Assembly: GCA_009840945.1 (NCBI GenBank)
Contig: VXMU01000044.1
Location: 15,945-79,944, forward strand
Direction of reading: 5' to 3'
From: Chloroflexota bacterium
GTDB taxonomy: Bacteria; Chloroflexota; Dehalococcoidia; UBA2979
Length of the DNA: 64,000 nucleotides
The position numbers and the translations under genes are program-made. Of the stretch, positions 1 to 12,082 are shown piece after piece. Position 1 is the stretch's first letter; the number at the start of each line of letters is the position of its first letter. Below the pieces are notes generated by a model that made no database searches, was not told the origin of the DNA, and was given only the letters and a program-made list of their open reading frames with translations.

Positions 1-134
1 GCGCGGCGGTAGGCCTCGATCAGGCTGATCGTGTCCAGTGGAGTTACTCCTCATGGCGCCCGCGAGATGCGGGCGATGGTCTGACTGGTGTACTGGCGGC
101 GGCTCGATGCCGCCTCACTGTGTTCATGCTCGCG

Positions 135-167
135 TCCGGCCCCGGGGCGGGGGGTCCCCGGGGCCGG
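135..167. terminator. GC-rich perfect hairpin (tccggccccgggg / ccccggggccgga) just downstream of the hsp20 stop; possible intrinsic terminator without a U-tract
   Basis: 13-bp inverted repeat read directly in the sequence, located 3' of the minus-strand hsp20 stop at 192. Confidence 0.3.
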
Positions 168-191
168 ACGGGTGCGGTGTCCGCGCGGGCG

Positions 192-629
192 CTAGCTCTC
201 GCGGATCTCGATCTGGCGGGGCTGCGGCTGCTCCTGGAGCGGCAGGCTCAGCGTGAGCACGCCGTTGGTCAGCTCCGCGTCCACCTCGGCGTCATGCACC
301 ACGCCCGGCAGGGCGATGCGGCGGCTCACCGAGTTGATGTGGCGCTCGCGCCGGTAGTACCGGCCCTCGTCGGTCTCGTCCTCGGTGGTGTGCTTCGCGT
401 TGATGGAGAGCACGCCCTCGTGGACCTCGATGCCGATGTCGTCCTTGTCAAACCCGGGCAGGGAAGCCCGCACCTGGAGCTTGCCGTCCCGCTCGTAGAC
501 GTCGACGGGGAGCGTGCCCTCGTCCCACGAGTGGGTGTGGATGGGGCGGAAGAACGACTCGTCGAAGAGCCGGTCCATCACCTGCCTCATGCCCGTGAAC
601 GGGTCGCGCCGAACAACGATGTTTGCCAT
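192..629 (-). CDS. Hsp20/alpha-crystallin family small heat shock protein
   Basis: 145-aa ORF with a typical alpha-crystallin domain (..GTLPVDVYERDGKLQVRASLPGFDKDDIGIEV..AELTNGVLTLSLP). Confidence 0.9.
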   Translation of the reverse strand: MANIVVRRDPFTGMRQVMDRLFDESFFRPIHTHSWDEGTLPVDVYERDGKLQVRASLPGFDKDDIGIEVHEGVLSINAKHTTEDETDEGRYYRRERHINSVSRRIALPGVVHDAEVDAELTNGVLTLSLPLQEQPQPRQIEIRES

Positions 630-746
630 TCCTGTCTCCTCTCTGCTCTCTGGTTGGTGGGTCCAGCGGCTGGAGGCCCGGCAGTCCGGGCCGGTTGTCC
701 TGCTGGTGAATGAATCATAGAGCGTGGGGTATGCAGTGTCAATACT

Positions 747-767
747 CTTGAGTAACTATCACTAAAG
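747..767. promoter_or_regulatory. HAIR-like HspR operator (CTTGAGT-N7-ACTAAAG) in the divergent hsp20/dnaJ promoter region
   Basis: The sequence cttgagtaactatcactaaag matches the HAIR consensus CTTGAGT-N7-ACTCAAG at 13/14 positions; it lies ~40 bp upstream of dnaJ, whose operon contains hspR. Confidence 0.55.
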
Positions 768-807
768 AAGTCTGGTACGCGAACAGTCGCTCTGCTATAT
801 TACAGCC

Positions 808-1878
808 ATGGCAAGAGACTTCTACGAGGTCCTCGGGGTGCCCCGCGGCGCCGACGACAAGGCGATACGTTCCGCGTTCCGCAAGCTCGCGCGCCAGTAC
901 CACCCCGACGTCAATCCCGGTGACGAGGCCGCCGAGGAGCGCTTCGAGGAGATCTCCGAGGCGCACGCCGTGCTCTCCAACGCCGATACACGCGCCGCCT
1001 ACGACCGCTACGGCGACCGCTGGCGCGACGCTGAGCACATCGAGGAGATGCGCAAGCGCGGCGCGGGGCCGTTCGGCGCAGGCGGGCCCTTCGGCTTTGG
1101 CGGCGGCGGCGACGCGCGCACCTTTGAGTTCAACCTCGGCGACATCGGCGGCGACGGCTCGGGCGGCTTCGGCGGCATCTTCGACGGCCTCTTCGGCCGC
1201 GGCGACGCCGCGCCACGCGCGCCGAGGCGCGGCCGCGACATCGACCATCCCGTCGAGGTCACGCTGCAGGAGGCCTACGACGGCACCACCCGCACGATCG
1301 AGATCGCCGAGGAGTCCGCGCCGTGCACCGTCTGCGGCGGCTCGGGCAGCCTCGCCGGGGCCACCTGCCACTCCTGCCGCGGCGGCGGGCGCGCCGGGAC
1401 GATGCGGCGCATCGAGGTGACGATCCCCCCCGGCATCGGCAGTGACCAACGCGTCCGCGTGCGCGGCCAGGGTGAGCGGAGCCTGCACGGCGGGCAGCCG
1501 GGAGACCTCTTCCTCATCGTCACCGTGAACCGCCACCCGCGCTTCGAGCGGCGCAATGCCGACCTGCACATCGACGTCGACGTGCCGGTGACGGTCGCCG
1601 CGCTCGGCGGCGAGGTGCGGGTGCCGACGGTCAAGGGACGCACGCTCGCGCTCACGATCCCAGCGGGGACGCGCAGCGGCCACACGTTCCGCCTGGCCGG
1701 CCAGGGCATGCCGCGCCGCGACGGCGGCGGCTTCGGCGACCTGCACGCGCGGGCGCTGCTGCAGCTCCCCGAGCACCTGGGCGCGGAGCAGCTCGAGCTC
1801 ATCGGGCGCCTGCGCGCGAGCGAGGACGGCAACCCGGGCACGCGGACAGCCGACGAGGAGGCCTCGACGCCGTCGTAA
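808..1878 (+). CDS. dnaJ: Chaperone DnaJ (J-domain protein; G/F-rich region; reduced zinc-finger region with only two CxxC pairs)
   Basis: N-terminal J domain DFYEVLGVPRGADDKAIRSAFRKLARQYHPD, a Gly/Phe-rich linker, CTVCGGSG and CHSCRGGG motifs, and a C-terminal DnaJ_C-like region. Confidence 0.9.
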   Translation: MARDFYEVLGVPRGADDKAIRSAFRKLARQYHPDVNPGDEAAEERFEEISEAHAVLSNADTRAAYDRYGDRWRDAEHIEEMRKRGAGPFGAGGPFGFGGGGDARTFEFNLGDIGGDGSGGFGGIFDGLFGRGDAAPRAPRRGRDIDHPVEVTLQEAYDGTTRTIEIAEESAPCTVCGGSGSLAGATCHSCRGGGRAGTMRRIEVTIPPGIGSDQRVRVRGQGERSLHGGQPGDLFLIVTVNRHPRFERRNADLHIDVDVPVTVAALGGEVRVPTVKGRTLALTIPAGTRSGHTFRLAGQGMPRRDGGGFGDLHARALLQLPEHLGAEQLELIGRLRASEDGNPGTRTADEEASTPS

Positions 1879-1924
1879 GGCGGGCAGGCCATCCCGTATC
1901 GAACGGAACGAATGAAGGCGAACG

Positions 1925-2266
1925 ATGACGAACATCCCGCAGGATGAGCCGGTCTTCCAGATCTCCGTCGTGGCGCGCATGGTCGGCGTCCACCAGCAGA
2001 CGCTGCGCACCTACGAGCGCATGGGACTGGTGGCGCCGGCGCGCAGCGGCGGCAACCGCCGCCTCTACTCGCAGCGCGACGTCAACCGCCTGCTGCGGCT
2101 GCGCGAGTACATGGACGACCTGGGCGTGAACCTCGCCGGCGCCGAGGTGATGCTGCGCCTCAACCGCCGCGTCGAGGACCTGCAGCGCGAGCTCGACGCG
2201 ACGCGCGCCGAGCTTGCGCGCGTGGTCGAGCTGCTCGAGCAGCGCACCGAGAGACGCGCCGAATGA
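1925..2266 (+). CDS. hspR: MerR-family heat-shock repressor HspR
   Basis: 113-aa protein with the MerR HTH (FQISVVARMVGVHQQTLRTYERMGLV..RSGGNRRLYSQRDV); positioned after dnaJ as in actinobacterial dnaK/clpB regulons. Confidence 0.85.
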   Translation: MTNIPQDEPVFQISVVARMVGVHQQTLRTYERMGLVAPARSGGNRRLYSQRDVNRLLRLREYMDDLGVNLAGAEVMLRLNRRVEDLQRELDATRAELARVVELLEQRTERRAE

Positions 2267-2957
2267 CTCCGGACGACATCAATCTCTGGTCGGTCATCGT
2301 CCCCCTTGCCGCTGCCTTTATTGGAGCCGTGGTCGTGGCGCGTTCGTCGGCGGCGCTCGAACGTCGCCGTGAGGAGCGCCGAGGCGTGGCCCTCCAGCAG
2401 GCGATTCGTGGCGACCTGGTGAGGTGGCTCCAAATCTGCGGACTTGCGGCTGAACAGGGTCGCGCAGCCGGCCACCCTGCTGGTGGGATCCGTTGGTGGG
2501 ACGTGGCTGGCGAACTCTCGCTGCACATGCCGCTTGGGCTGTACCTCCAGGCATTCTGGCTTTACGTGGAGCGAGAACAGACCGAGCACGCATATGCGCT
2601 GAGCCTCACCCCAGAAGGCGTCACTGATCCCGAAGTTGCGTATTCGATAAGGTTCGGGCTTAGAAAATGGGCCGCGATGGCTGAGCGTTACCTAGAACTT
2701 TGGGACGAGTATGAGAACCGGCCGCGGTGGAAGCGGATGTGGCACAGGTTGCGCAAGCCGTTGTTAGAGCGTGGCGGGAAAGACGCCGTGGCACTGATGG
2801 CCCTGATAAGAGACCCGGTCGTCAAGACACTTCGGTGCAAGTACGGCTACGAGGTTACGGACGACGGGGAACTTGTACCCGATATCGCCCGCTCCGAGCG
2901 TCATCAGCGCGCGCAAGAGGAGTTCCTGGCCGGATACAGCCCGACTAGTGACGGTGA

Positions 2958-2961
<4 letters not shown>
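2263..2961 (+). CDS. Hypothetical protein with an N-terminal TM helix; lower GC than its neighbours; sits between hspR and clpB
   Basis: 232-aa ORF; its ATG overlaps the hspR stop (ATGA) and its stop overlaps a possible clpB GTG start (GTGA); no family recognised. Confidence 0.5.
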
Positions 2962-5456
<2,495 letters not shown>

Positions 5457-5466
5457 CACCCCTCGG

Positions 5467-5501
5467 GGCGCCCGGCGAGGCTTGACGACCCGCCGGGCGC
5501 C
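5467..5501. terminator. Stem-loop after clpB (ggcgcccggcg ... cgccgggcgcc)
   Basis: 11-bp inverted repeat with a 13-nt loop, 10 nt after the clpB stop. Confidence 0.35.
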
Positions 5502-5547
5502 GTAGCATACTCTGATCAACCCTGCCCGCCCTGCACCAGTAGGTGCC

Positions 5548-6204
5548 GTGGCGGGCTTTTACATGACCGCTTCCGACGCTCCCACTCGAAGGAAGTCCGT
5601 CATTCGAAGGGTCACCGTCTTCTTCGACGGGCAGAATTTCTACCGCAACGCCCGTCGTGCGTTCTTCGACGACCAGTCGTCCTCATCCCGGCTCGGGCAA
5701 TTCTGGCCCCGGGCTGTCGCAGAATTGATCGTTCGCAGGTACGACGATCGCGAGCTTCGGGATGTCCGGGTGTACTACGGGCGGCCCGATCGCACCAGGG
5801 ACGTGCGAGGTCACGCCGCGAACGCCCGGCAGTCCGTTGCGTGGTCGCGTTCCGGAGTTCAGGTGCGCCCGCGAATGCTCCGCTATCCCGCTGACTGGCC
5901 GGCATCACCCGCACACGAGAAGGGCGTCGATGTGGCCCTGGCGACCGACCTTGTGTCGCTGACGCTGCGAGGTGAGTGTGATGTGGCAGTCATCGCCTCG
6001 GCCGATTCCGACATCCTCCCCGCCATCGAGGAGGTGCAGATCCGGACGGACGTGACCATCGAGGTTGCAGCCTGGCAGAGCGTGAGCCGCCGTCGCCGCC
6101 AGCGACTCTCCGTCCCTGGATCGAACGTCTGGTGTCACTGGCTCTCGCGTGCGGACTACGAACGAGTCCGTGACGACACCGACTACACCATCGGCCGCGT
6201 CTGA
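5548..6204 (+). CDS. NYN-domain (LabA-like/DUF88) putative RNase
   Basis: Motifs VFFDGQNF, GVDVALATDL and VIASADSD are typical of NYN/LabA PIN-like nucleases. Confidence 0.6.
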   Translation: MAGFYMTASDAPTRRKSVIRRVTVFFDGQNFYRNARRAFFDDQSSSSRLGQFWPRAVAELIVRRYDDRELRDVRVYYGRPDRTRDVRGHAANARQSVAWSRSGVQVRPRMLRYPADWPASPAHEKGVDVALATDLVSLTLRGECDVAVIASADSDILPAIEEVQIRTDVTIEVAAWQSVSRRRRQRLSVPGSNVWCHWLSRADYERVRDDTDYTIGRV

Positions 6205-6303
6205 CGGCTGCTGCTTGCGACGGCCCGTTGCCCGCCTCGGCCCGTGCTCCGATAATCGAGTGACACCCCGCTGTTCCCACCGCAGCACGAGCCGGAGGCC
6301 ACC

Positions 6304-7812
6304 TTGGGCAGCAACCGCCGACGCCGTCGACGCCGCCGAGGCGGCAACAGGGGGCGGCAGGAGGGCGAGCAGGCTCAGGAGCAGTCGCAGCGCCCCGATC
6401 AGTCCGACGCCGAACCGGCGCGGCCACGCCGCGGCGCGAGTTCTTCGCGTCGACGCGACCGTGGCGCCGCACCCGCGAGGTCCTCGCGGCTGCAGGGCGT
6501 CCGCGCCACCGTCGACTCGTTTGGCGGCTTCCTCACCATCGGCTCCGTCGCCATCGCCGTCGGCGCGGTGATCGTCCTGATCATCCTCAACCGGCCGGGC
6601 GGTGATGGCTCCGTCGGCGACGAGGAGTTCGTCCCACCCGCGATCGAGGCGCCCGTGGACGGCCGGCTGCTCGGCAGCCCGGACGCGCCGGTGCGCATCC
6701 TCGCGCTCGAGGACTTCAGCTGCGCCCACTGCGGGACGTTCACGCGCGACACCAAGCCGCTGCTTGAGGAGGAGTACATCAACCGCGGCCTCGTGTCGCT
6801 CGAGTACCGGCACATGGCGATCCTCGGGCCGGACTCCGAGCAAGCCGCCGCGGCATCCGCGTGCGCCGCCGACCAAAACCTGTTCTGGCCGTACCACGAC
6901 ATCCTCTACGCGCGGCAGGGCACCGCCGGCTGGGCCTCCATCGGCAACCTCAAGGACTTCGCCCGTGAGATGAACGACGCCCTCGGCAGCGGCGGGCTCG
7001 ACCTCGACGCGTTCGATGACTGCGTCGACACCGGCACCAAGGAGCTGCTGGTGCGCGCCGAGACGGACGAGGCGAGCCGGCTGGTGGTCGGCGCGGGCGG
7101 GCGGCCCTCGACGCCGACGTTCGTCATCAACGGCGCGCTCGCCTTCCAGGGCGCGCAGCCGATCGAGGTCTTCCGCGAGCGCATCGACGCGCTGCTCCCC
7201 GACGACAGCGCGGGTGAGGACGACAGCGCCGGGGCGGACGAGTCTGCCGCGCCCGACCCCGGCCCGCCGGTCGACGGGCGCCTGCTCGGCGACCCCGACG
7301 CGCCGGTGCAGCTCGTGGCCTTCGAGGACTTCAGCTGCTCGCACTGCGGCACGTTCTCCCTGCAGACGAAGCCGCTGATCGAGGCCGAGTACATCACCGA
7401 CGGCCGCGTGGCGATCGAGTTCCGGCACTTCGCCATCCTCGGCGCGGACTCCGAGCGCGCCGCCGCGGCGTCCGAATGCGCCGCGGACCAGAACCTGTTC
7501 TGGCCGTACCACGATGTCCTCTTCGCCCGGCAGGGCGGCTCCGGCTGGGCCTCGGACGACCATCTCAAGGACTTCGCCCGCTCGGTGCATGGCCTGGACC
7601 TCGACGCGTTCGACGCGTGCGTGGACTCCGGCGAGAAGCTGCAGATGGTGCGCGACTCGACCGACGCGGCGGGCCAGATGATCGTCGGCGCGGGCGGGCA
7701 GCCCTCGACGCCGACGTTCTTCATCAACGGCGAGCTCGCCGTGGAGGGTGCGCGGCCGATCGAGGTCTTCCGCGAGCGCATCGAGGCGGCGTTGGCCGCG
7801 GGCGGCGGATAG
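6304..7812 (+). CDS. Membrane-anchored tandem DsbA-like thiol:disulfide oxidoreductase (two DsbA domains, CAHC and CSHC)
   Basis: Arg-rich N-terminus plus a TM helix, then two ~190-aa repeats each with a CxHC motif and a conserved ..DQNLFWPYHD..STPTF.INGE.. pattern; start codon uncertain (TTG/GTG). Confidence 0.75.
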   Translation: MGSNRRRRRRRRGGNRGRQEGEQAQEQSQRPDQSDAEPARPRRGASSSRRRDRGAAPARSSRLQGVRATVDSFGGFLTIGSVAIAVGAVIVLIILNRPGGDGSVGDEEFVPPAIEAPVDGRLLGSPDAPVRILALEDFSCAHCGTFTRDTKPLLEEEYINRGLVSLEYRHMAILGPDSEQAAAASACAADQNLFWPYHDILYARQGTAGWASIGNLKDFAREMNDALGSGGLDLDAFDDCVDTGTKELLVRAETDEASRLVVGAGGRPSTPTFVINGALAFQGAQPIEVFRERIDALLPDDSAGEDDSAGADESAAPDPGPPVDGRLLGDPDAPVQLVAFEDFSCSHCGTFSLQTKPLIEAEYITDGRVAIEFRHFAILGADSERAAAASECAADQNLFWPYHDVLFARQGGSGWASDDHLKDFARSVHGLDLDAFDACVDSGEKLQMVRDSTDAAGQMIVGAGGQPSTPTFFINGELAVEGARPIEVFRERIEAALAAGGG

Positions 7813-7822
7813 GCGCGTTGCC

Positions 7823-8296
7823 GTGGGGGCCCTGCTCGCACGGCGACCTGACGCCCTGCTCGCCCTCGCGCTGGTGGGGACCGGCGTCGCCGCGTACCTG
7901 AGCTGGGTCGCCGTCGACAGCGAGCAGCAGCCGTTCTGCAGCGGGGTCGGCGACTGCCAGGCCGTGCAGAGCTCCGAGTTCGCCGAGATCGGCGGCATCC
8001 CCATCGCGGTGCTCGGCCTGGGCATGTACGTGACGCTGCTCGCGCTGGTCGCCGCTCGTCGCTTCTGGTCCGGCGCCGCCGAGGCGGGACTCGACCGTCC
8101 GATGGCCAGCGCGACGTTCGGGGTGGCGCTGAGTGGCGCGCTCTACTCGGGGTATCTCACCTACCTCGAGCTGTTCGAGATCGAGGCGATCTGCGCGTGG
8201 TGCGTAACGTCGGCGGTGATCGTCACGCTGATCATGGTGCTCAGCGTGGCCGACCTGCGCGTCGCGGGTGGCTCCGGGGCGCGACCGACCGTATGA
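7823..8296 (+). CDS. Vitamin K epoxide reductase (VKOR)-family membrane protein, a DsbB analogue
   Basis: CSGVGDC..(loop)..CAWC motifs in a 4-5 TM protein; GTG start immediately after the DsbA-like gene. Confidence 0.8.
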   Translation: MGALLARRPDALLALALVGTGVAAYLSWVAVDSEQQPFCSGVGDCQAVQSSEFAEIGGIPIAVLGLGMYVTLLALVAARRFWSGAAEAGLDRPMASATFGVALSGALYSGYLTYLELFEIEAICAWCVTSAVIVTLIMVLSVADLRVAGGSGARPTV

Positions 8297-8338
8297 TCCG
8301 GCGCAGCGTCGCCGCGTGAAGACCTCCGAGGGGGCTGT

Positions 8339-8641
8339 GTGTCCGAGCTAGCCGTCACATTCGATGACATGACCGTCCTCACCGAGGGCGGCGCCGACGT
8401 GTTCGTCGTCAACCTCAACGAGACGGATGAGCCACCGCCGTACTACGTCGATGTCGACGGTCGGCGGTTCAGCTTCGACGGCTCCACGTTCCTCATCTTC
8501 GGGCACAGCGCGATCATGCCCGAGTGGGTGCGCGAGCATGAGGCCGAGGGCCGCCTCGTGCTCCTCGGCGAGCGCGACGACCGTTACCTGCGCTACGTCC
8601 ACGACCCCGCCGAGGAGATGGAGGAAGACGAGGAGGAGTAG
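8339..8641 (+). CDS. Small acidic hypothetical protein
   Basis: 100-aa ORF with an acidic C-terminus (EEMEEDEEE); no recognisable family. Confidence 0.4.
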   Translation: MSELAVTFDDMTVLTEGGADVFVVNLNETDEPPPYYVDVDGRRFSFDGSTFLIFGHSAIMPEWVREHEAEGRLVLLGERDDRYLRYVHDPAEEMEEDEEE

Positions 8642-8704
8642 CTCCTCGCGCGTCCCCCGGCCGCACTGACCGAAACGCCCCGCGAGAGCGGGGCGTTGTG
8701 CTGC

Positions 8705-9367
8705 CTACCGCAGGAACACGATCCCGGAGGCGACGAAGTACGCGCCGAGGCCGAGCAGGAACACGCCGCACACCGCGAGGAGTCCTCGGTACGCCCGGCG
8801 GCCGAACCACCGCCGGCCGGAGTGGACCAGCCACGCCATGAGGGTGAGCCAGGCGAGGTCCGAGACGATGTGCCCGCCGAAGACGGCCACGGGCCCCGCG
8901 AACCCCGCGTCGAGCGAGTCGGCGGTGAGCTTCGTGCCCACGCTCGCCCACCAGATCACCCAGTAGGGGTTGCCGACCGAGACGAGGATGCCGAGCAGCA
9001 CCACGCGCCGCGCCGACGCCGTCGTCTCGCCGGGTGCGGTGACGAACGCGGGCGTGAGCTCCGCGCGCGGCAGGGTGCGGAACAGGTCCACCCCCAGGTA
9101 GACGAGGATGCCCCCGCCGACGAGCGCGATCACCGCCGTGAGCGGGCTCTCGTCGTCGAGCGCGGCGCTCAGCCCGAGCGCGAGCACCACGACGGTGACG
9201 CCCTCGGCGATCGCGTGGCCGAGGGTGGCGAGGGGGCCGGCGCGCACGCCGAACACGGTCGCCTCGCGGATCGCGAGCACGGTCAGCGGCCCCGGCGTGA
9301 GCGCGCCCGAGAGCCCGACGGTGAACGCGACGGCGGCGATGGCGGCCAGTTCGAACGCGGTGTCCAT
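8705..9367 (-). CDS. LysE/RhtB-family amino-acid exporter
   Basis: 220-aa, 6-TM protein with the LysE-type N-terminus (..ALTPGPLTVLAIREA..). Confidence 0.8.
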   Translation of the reverse strand: MDTAFELAAIAAVAFTVGLSGALTPGPLTVLAIREATVFGVRAGPLATLGHAIAEGVTVVVLALGLSAALDDESPLTAVIALVGGGILVYLGVDLFRTLPRAELTPAFVTAPGETTASARRVVLLGILVSVGNPYWVIWWASVGTKLTADSLDAGFAGPVAVFGGHIVSDLAWLTLMAWLVHSGRRWFGRRAYRGLLAVCGVFLLGLGAYFVASGIVFLR

Positions 9368-9381
9368 GCGCGCAGCGTGGG

Positions 9382-10587
9382 CTACCGGGCGGTGAGCCGC
9401 CAGATCGCGCCCGTGAAGTCGACCACCAGCACCTCGCCCGCGTCGTCGAGCCCGAACGAGACGAGCGAGCCCGCGCCCGATACGAGCACGACCGGCTCGG
9501 TGCGCCCGCTCGCGGGATCGGCGTCCTCGCCGGGTGGCCGGAGCGCGAATACGTCGCCGGTGCAGAAGTCACCGAAGAGGTAGACGCCGCGCAACGCTTC
9601 GAGGGCCTTGCCCCGGTACACGACGCCGCCAGTCACGGAGCAGCGACCGGCGTCGTGCCCGTAGGCCATCAGCGGGGGCGTCATGCCCGCGCCGTCGCAC
9701 GCGCGGCCGGGGGTCAGGCACCCGAACCCCTCGAGGACGTTCCAGCCGTGGTTCGCGCCTCGCCCGACCCGGTTGACCTCCTCGTTGTCGATGAAGCCGA
9801 CGTCGCCCAGCCACAACGCCCCGTCCTCCGGGTCGAAGGCCATGCGCCAGGGGTTGCGGAAGCCGTACGCCCAGATCTCGTCGCGTGCCCCCTCGACGCC
9901 GGCGAACGGGTTGTCCGCCGGGACCGCGTACGGTTGCGCCGCCGAGGACTCGCGCACGTCGATGCGGACGACGCTCCCGAGGAGCGTGCCGAGGTTCTGC
10001 CCGTTCTCGAACGGGTCGGTGGAGGCGCTACCATCGCCGAGGCTCAGATAAAGCATGCCGTCCGGCCCGAACCGGATCGCGCCGCCGTTCTGGTTGTAGC
10101 CGGGCTGCGGCAGCACGAGCACCTCGAGGCGCGTAGCGGGGTCGGCCGTGTCCCCGGCGACCTCGAAGCGCGCGAGCACGCTGCGCGGCGGCTCGCCGGC
10201 TGCGAAGTAGTACGCCCACAGGTAGCCGTTGTGCTCGAAGTCCGGGTCGAGCGTGACCGAGAGCAGGCCCTCCCCGAGGTCGGCGTCGATGTGGTCGCCG
10301 AGGTCGAGCAGCACGCGGCGGTCGCTCCCGTCGGCGCCCAGCACCCACACGCGGCCGTGCTGCTCGGCGACGAAGAACCGCCCGCCGGGATACGCGCCCA
10401 CCTCGAGCGGCCGGTCGAAGCGCTCGCCGCCGAGCGCCGGTTCGAGCGCCACGACGGGCAGCGGCGGCGGCTCGCCGTCCTCGCAGGCGGCGAGGAGCGC
10501 GCAAGCCATGAGCAGGACTGGGAGCGCCGCGCGTCGTGGGAGCGAGGCGAGCTGATCGGTCACGCCGCAGGCTCCTCGACTCCACAT
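9382..10587 (-). CDS. PQQ-dependent sugar dehydrogenase (SGDH/glucose-sorbosone dehydrogenase family) lipoprotein; alternative GTG start at 10563
   Basis: Lipobox LLAAC; beta-propeller motifs (GLLSVTLDPDF.., DGMLYLSLGDG.., NHGWNV..) typical of soluble quinoprotein dehydrogenases. Confidence 0.8.
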   Translation of the reverse strand: MWSRGACGVTDQLASLPRRAALPVLLMACALLAACEDGEPPPLPVVALEPALGGERFDRPLEVGAYPGGRFFVAEQHGRVWVLGADGSDRRVLLDLGDHIDADLGEGLLSVTLDPDFEHNGYLWAYYFAAGEPPRSVLARFEVAGDTADPATRLEVLVLPQPGYNQNGGAIRFGPDGMLYLSLGDGSASTDPFENGQNLGTLLGSVVRIDVRESSAAQPYAVPADNPFAGVEGARDEIWAYGFRNPWRMAFDPEDGALWLGDVGFIDNEEVNRVGRGANHGWNVLEGFGCLTPGRACDGAGMTPPLMAYGHDAGRCSVTGGVVYRGKALEALRGVYLFGDFCTGDVFALRPPGEDADPASGRTEPVVLVSGAGSLVSFGLDDAGEVLVVDFTGAIWRLTAR

Positions 10588-10658
10588 GGACGGCCGGAGC
10601 AGAAGTGTAGCGGGGCAGCCGCGCAACCGGCCTCGCGGCGCGTACGATAGCGATCGCG

Positions 10659-12068
10659 ATGGCGTTACCTCCGCAGTTCGACGAGCCGCCGTTCCGCTCC
10701 CTGGAGCGGATCGACGAGGCCATCGATCGCGGGCAGGAGCGCGCCTTCCGCGTCCTGTGGTTCTGGACGCCGCCGGGGTCGGTGGCGCGCAACACGCAGT
10801 TCCAGGCGCTGCTCGCCTCGCGTTTCCTCGCCGACATGGCCCAGCAGGCACTGCTCTTCGGGGCGCTGATCGCGATCGCGCGCGAGGGCGGCGGCGCGTT
10901 CGAGGCGGGCCTGCTCGGCTGCGCGTTCCTGCTGCCGGGCGTGGTGCTCGGGATGTACGGGGGCGCGGTGGCCGACGCGCTGCCGAAGCGCGTCGCCCTT
11001 GCCGGGGCGTACCTCGGGATGGGCGCGCTCACGCTCGCGATCCCGCTCGCGCTCGGGACCGAGTTCGGCTCGCTGCTGCTCGTGCTCTTCCTGGTGCGCG
11101 TGCTCTTCCAGGTCTCGCAGCCGAGCGAGGCCTCCACGGTGCCGCTCGTCGCGAACGACGACGAGCTCGCCGGGGCCACCTCGATGCTCGGGCTCGTCTC
11201 GTCGGCCGGTGAGCTGATCGGGAAGGCGCTGCTGGCGCCGGTGATCGTGCGTGCGTTCGGCGTGAACCCCGTGACGGTCATGGCCGGGCTGCTGTTCCTG
11301 CTCTCCGCGACCCGCGTCTTCGACCTGCGGCCGGCAGCGCGCCCCGGGGCGGCGGGCGCCGAGCCGACGGCCCCACCCTCGACGCGCGAGGCGTTGCAGT
11401 GGCTGCTGGACGAGCGCAGCGTGCTGATCATGCTCGTGCTGGCCGGGCTCGCGAGCACGGTCAACGTCGTGCTCGGGATCCTCGGCCCGCAGTACGTCAG
11501 CGAGGTGCTCAACGTCGACCCGGCGAATGCGCTCTACGTGTTTGCCCCCGCGCCGCTCGGGCTGCTGCTCGCCCTCGCGATCACGCCGCTGCTGGTGGGG
11601 CGGCTGGGCGAGCGGCCGGTCGCCGTGACCGGGTTCGCGCTGGTCTCGGTCGTAATGATGGCGCTCGGGCTGGTCGCGCCGCTCAGTGAGGCGCTGAGCT
11701 GGCTGATCCCCATCGACATCCCCGGGGTGGGGCCGAGGGTCGAGACGGCGGCCCTGCTCTCGATCTTCCTCGGCTTCGGCGTCACGCTCGCGGCCGTCGC
11801 GACGCAGACCTACGTGAGCCGCACCGTGCCGCTGCGCATCCAGGGGCGGGCGTTCGCGCTCCTCGGCGTGCTCAAGGACGGGCTCGCCATCTTCCCGTTG
11901 CTGGCCCTCGGCGCCGTCGCGAGCCGCGTCGGCGTCGACACGGTGATCACCATCTCACCGGTGTTCCTGCTCGCCATCGCCGTCGGCCTCGACCGCCTCG
12001 TCTCACGCTGGCGCACCCCGCCGCCGATCGACGGGCCGGCCGACGAAGGCGGGATGCACACGGGGTGA
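10659..12068 (+). CDS. MFS transporter
   Basis: 469-aa, 12-14 TM protein with MFS-like hydrophobic repeats. Confidence 0.8.
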   Translation: MALPPQFDEPPFRSLERIDEAIDRGQERAFRVLWFWTPPGSVARNTQFQALLASRFLADMAQQALLFGALIAIAREGGGAFEAGLLGCAFLLPGVVLGMYGGAVADALPKRVALAGAYLGMGALTLAIPLALGTEFGSLLLVLFLVRVLFQVSQPSEASTVPLVANDDELAGATSMLGLVSSAGELIGKALLAPVIVRAFGVNPVTVMAGLLFLLSATRVFDLRPAARPGAAGAEPTAPPSTREALQWLLDERSVLIMLVLAGLASTVNVVLGILGPQYVSEVLNVDPANALYVFAPAPLGLLLALAITPLLVGRLGERPVAVTGFALVSVVMMALGLVAPLSEALSWLIPIDIPGVGPRVETAALLSIFLGFGVTLAAVATQTYVSRTVPLRIQGRAFALLGVLKDGLAIFPLLALGAVASRVGVDTVITISPVFLLAIAVGLDRLVSRWRTPPPIDGPADEGGMHTG

Positions 12069-12082
12069 CGCCTTCCGTGTAT

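Noticed and set aside
1-190. Possible gene start on the minus strand near position 56 (ATGAGGAGTAACTCC.. reading leftwards out of the window)
   Set aside because: Only ~18 codons are inside the window; this cannot be evaluated.
5905-8025. 706-aa minus-strand ORF antisense to the DsbA-like and VKOR genes
   Set aside because: High-GC genomes generate long spurious antisense ORFs. The plus-strand genes have clear domain signatures; the antisense product is low-complexity (Arg/Ala/Gly-rich) with no recognisable domain.
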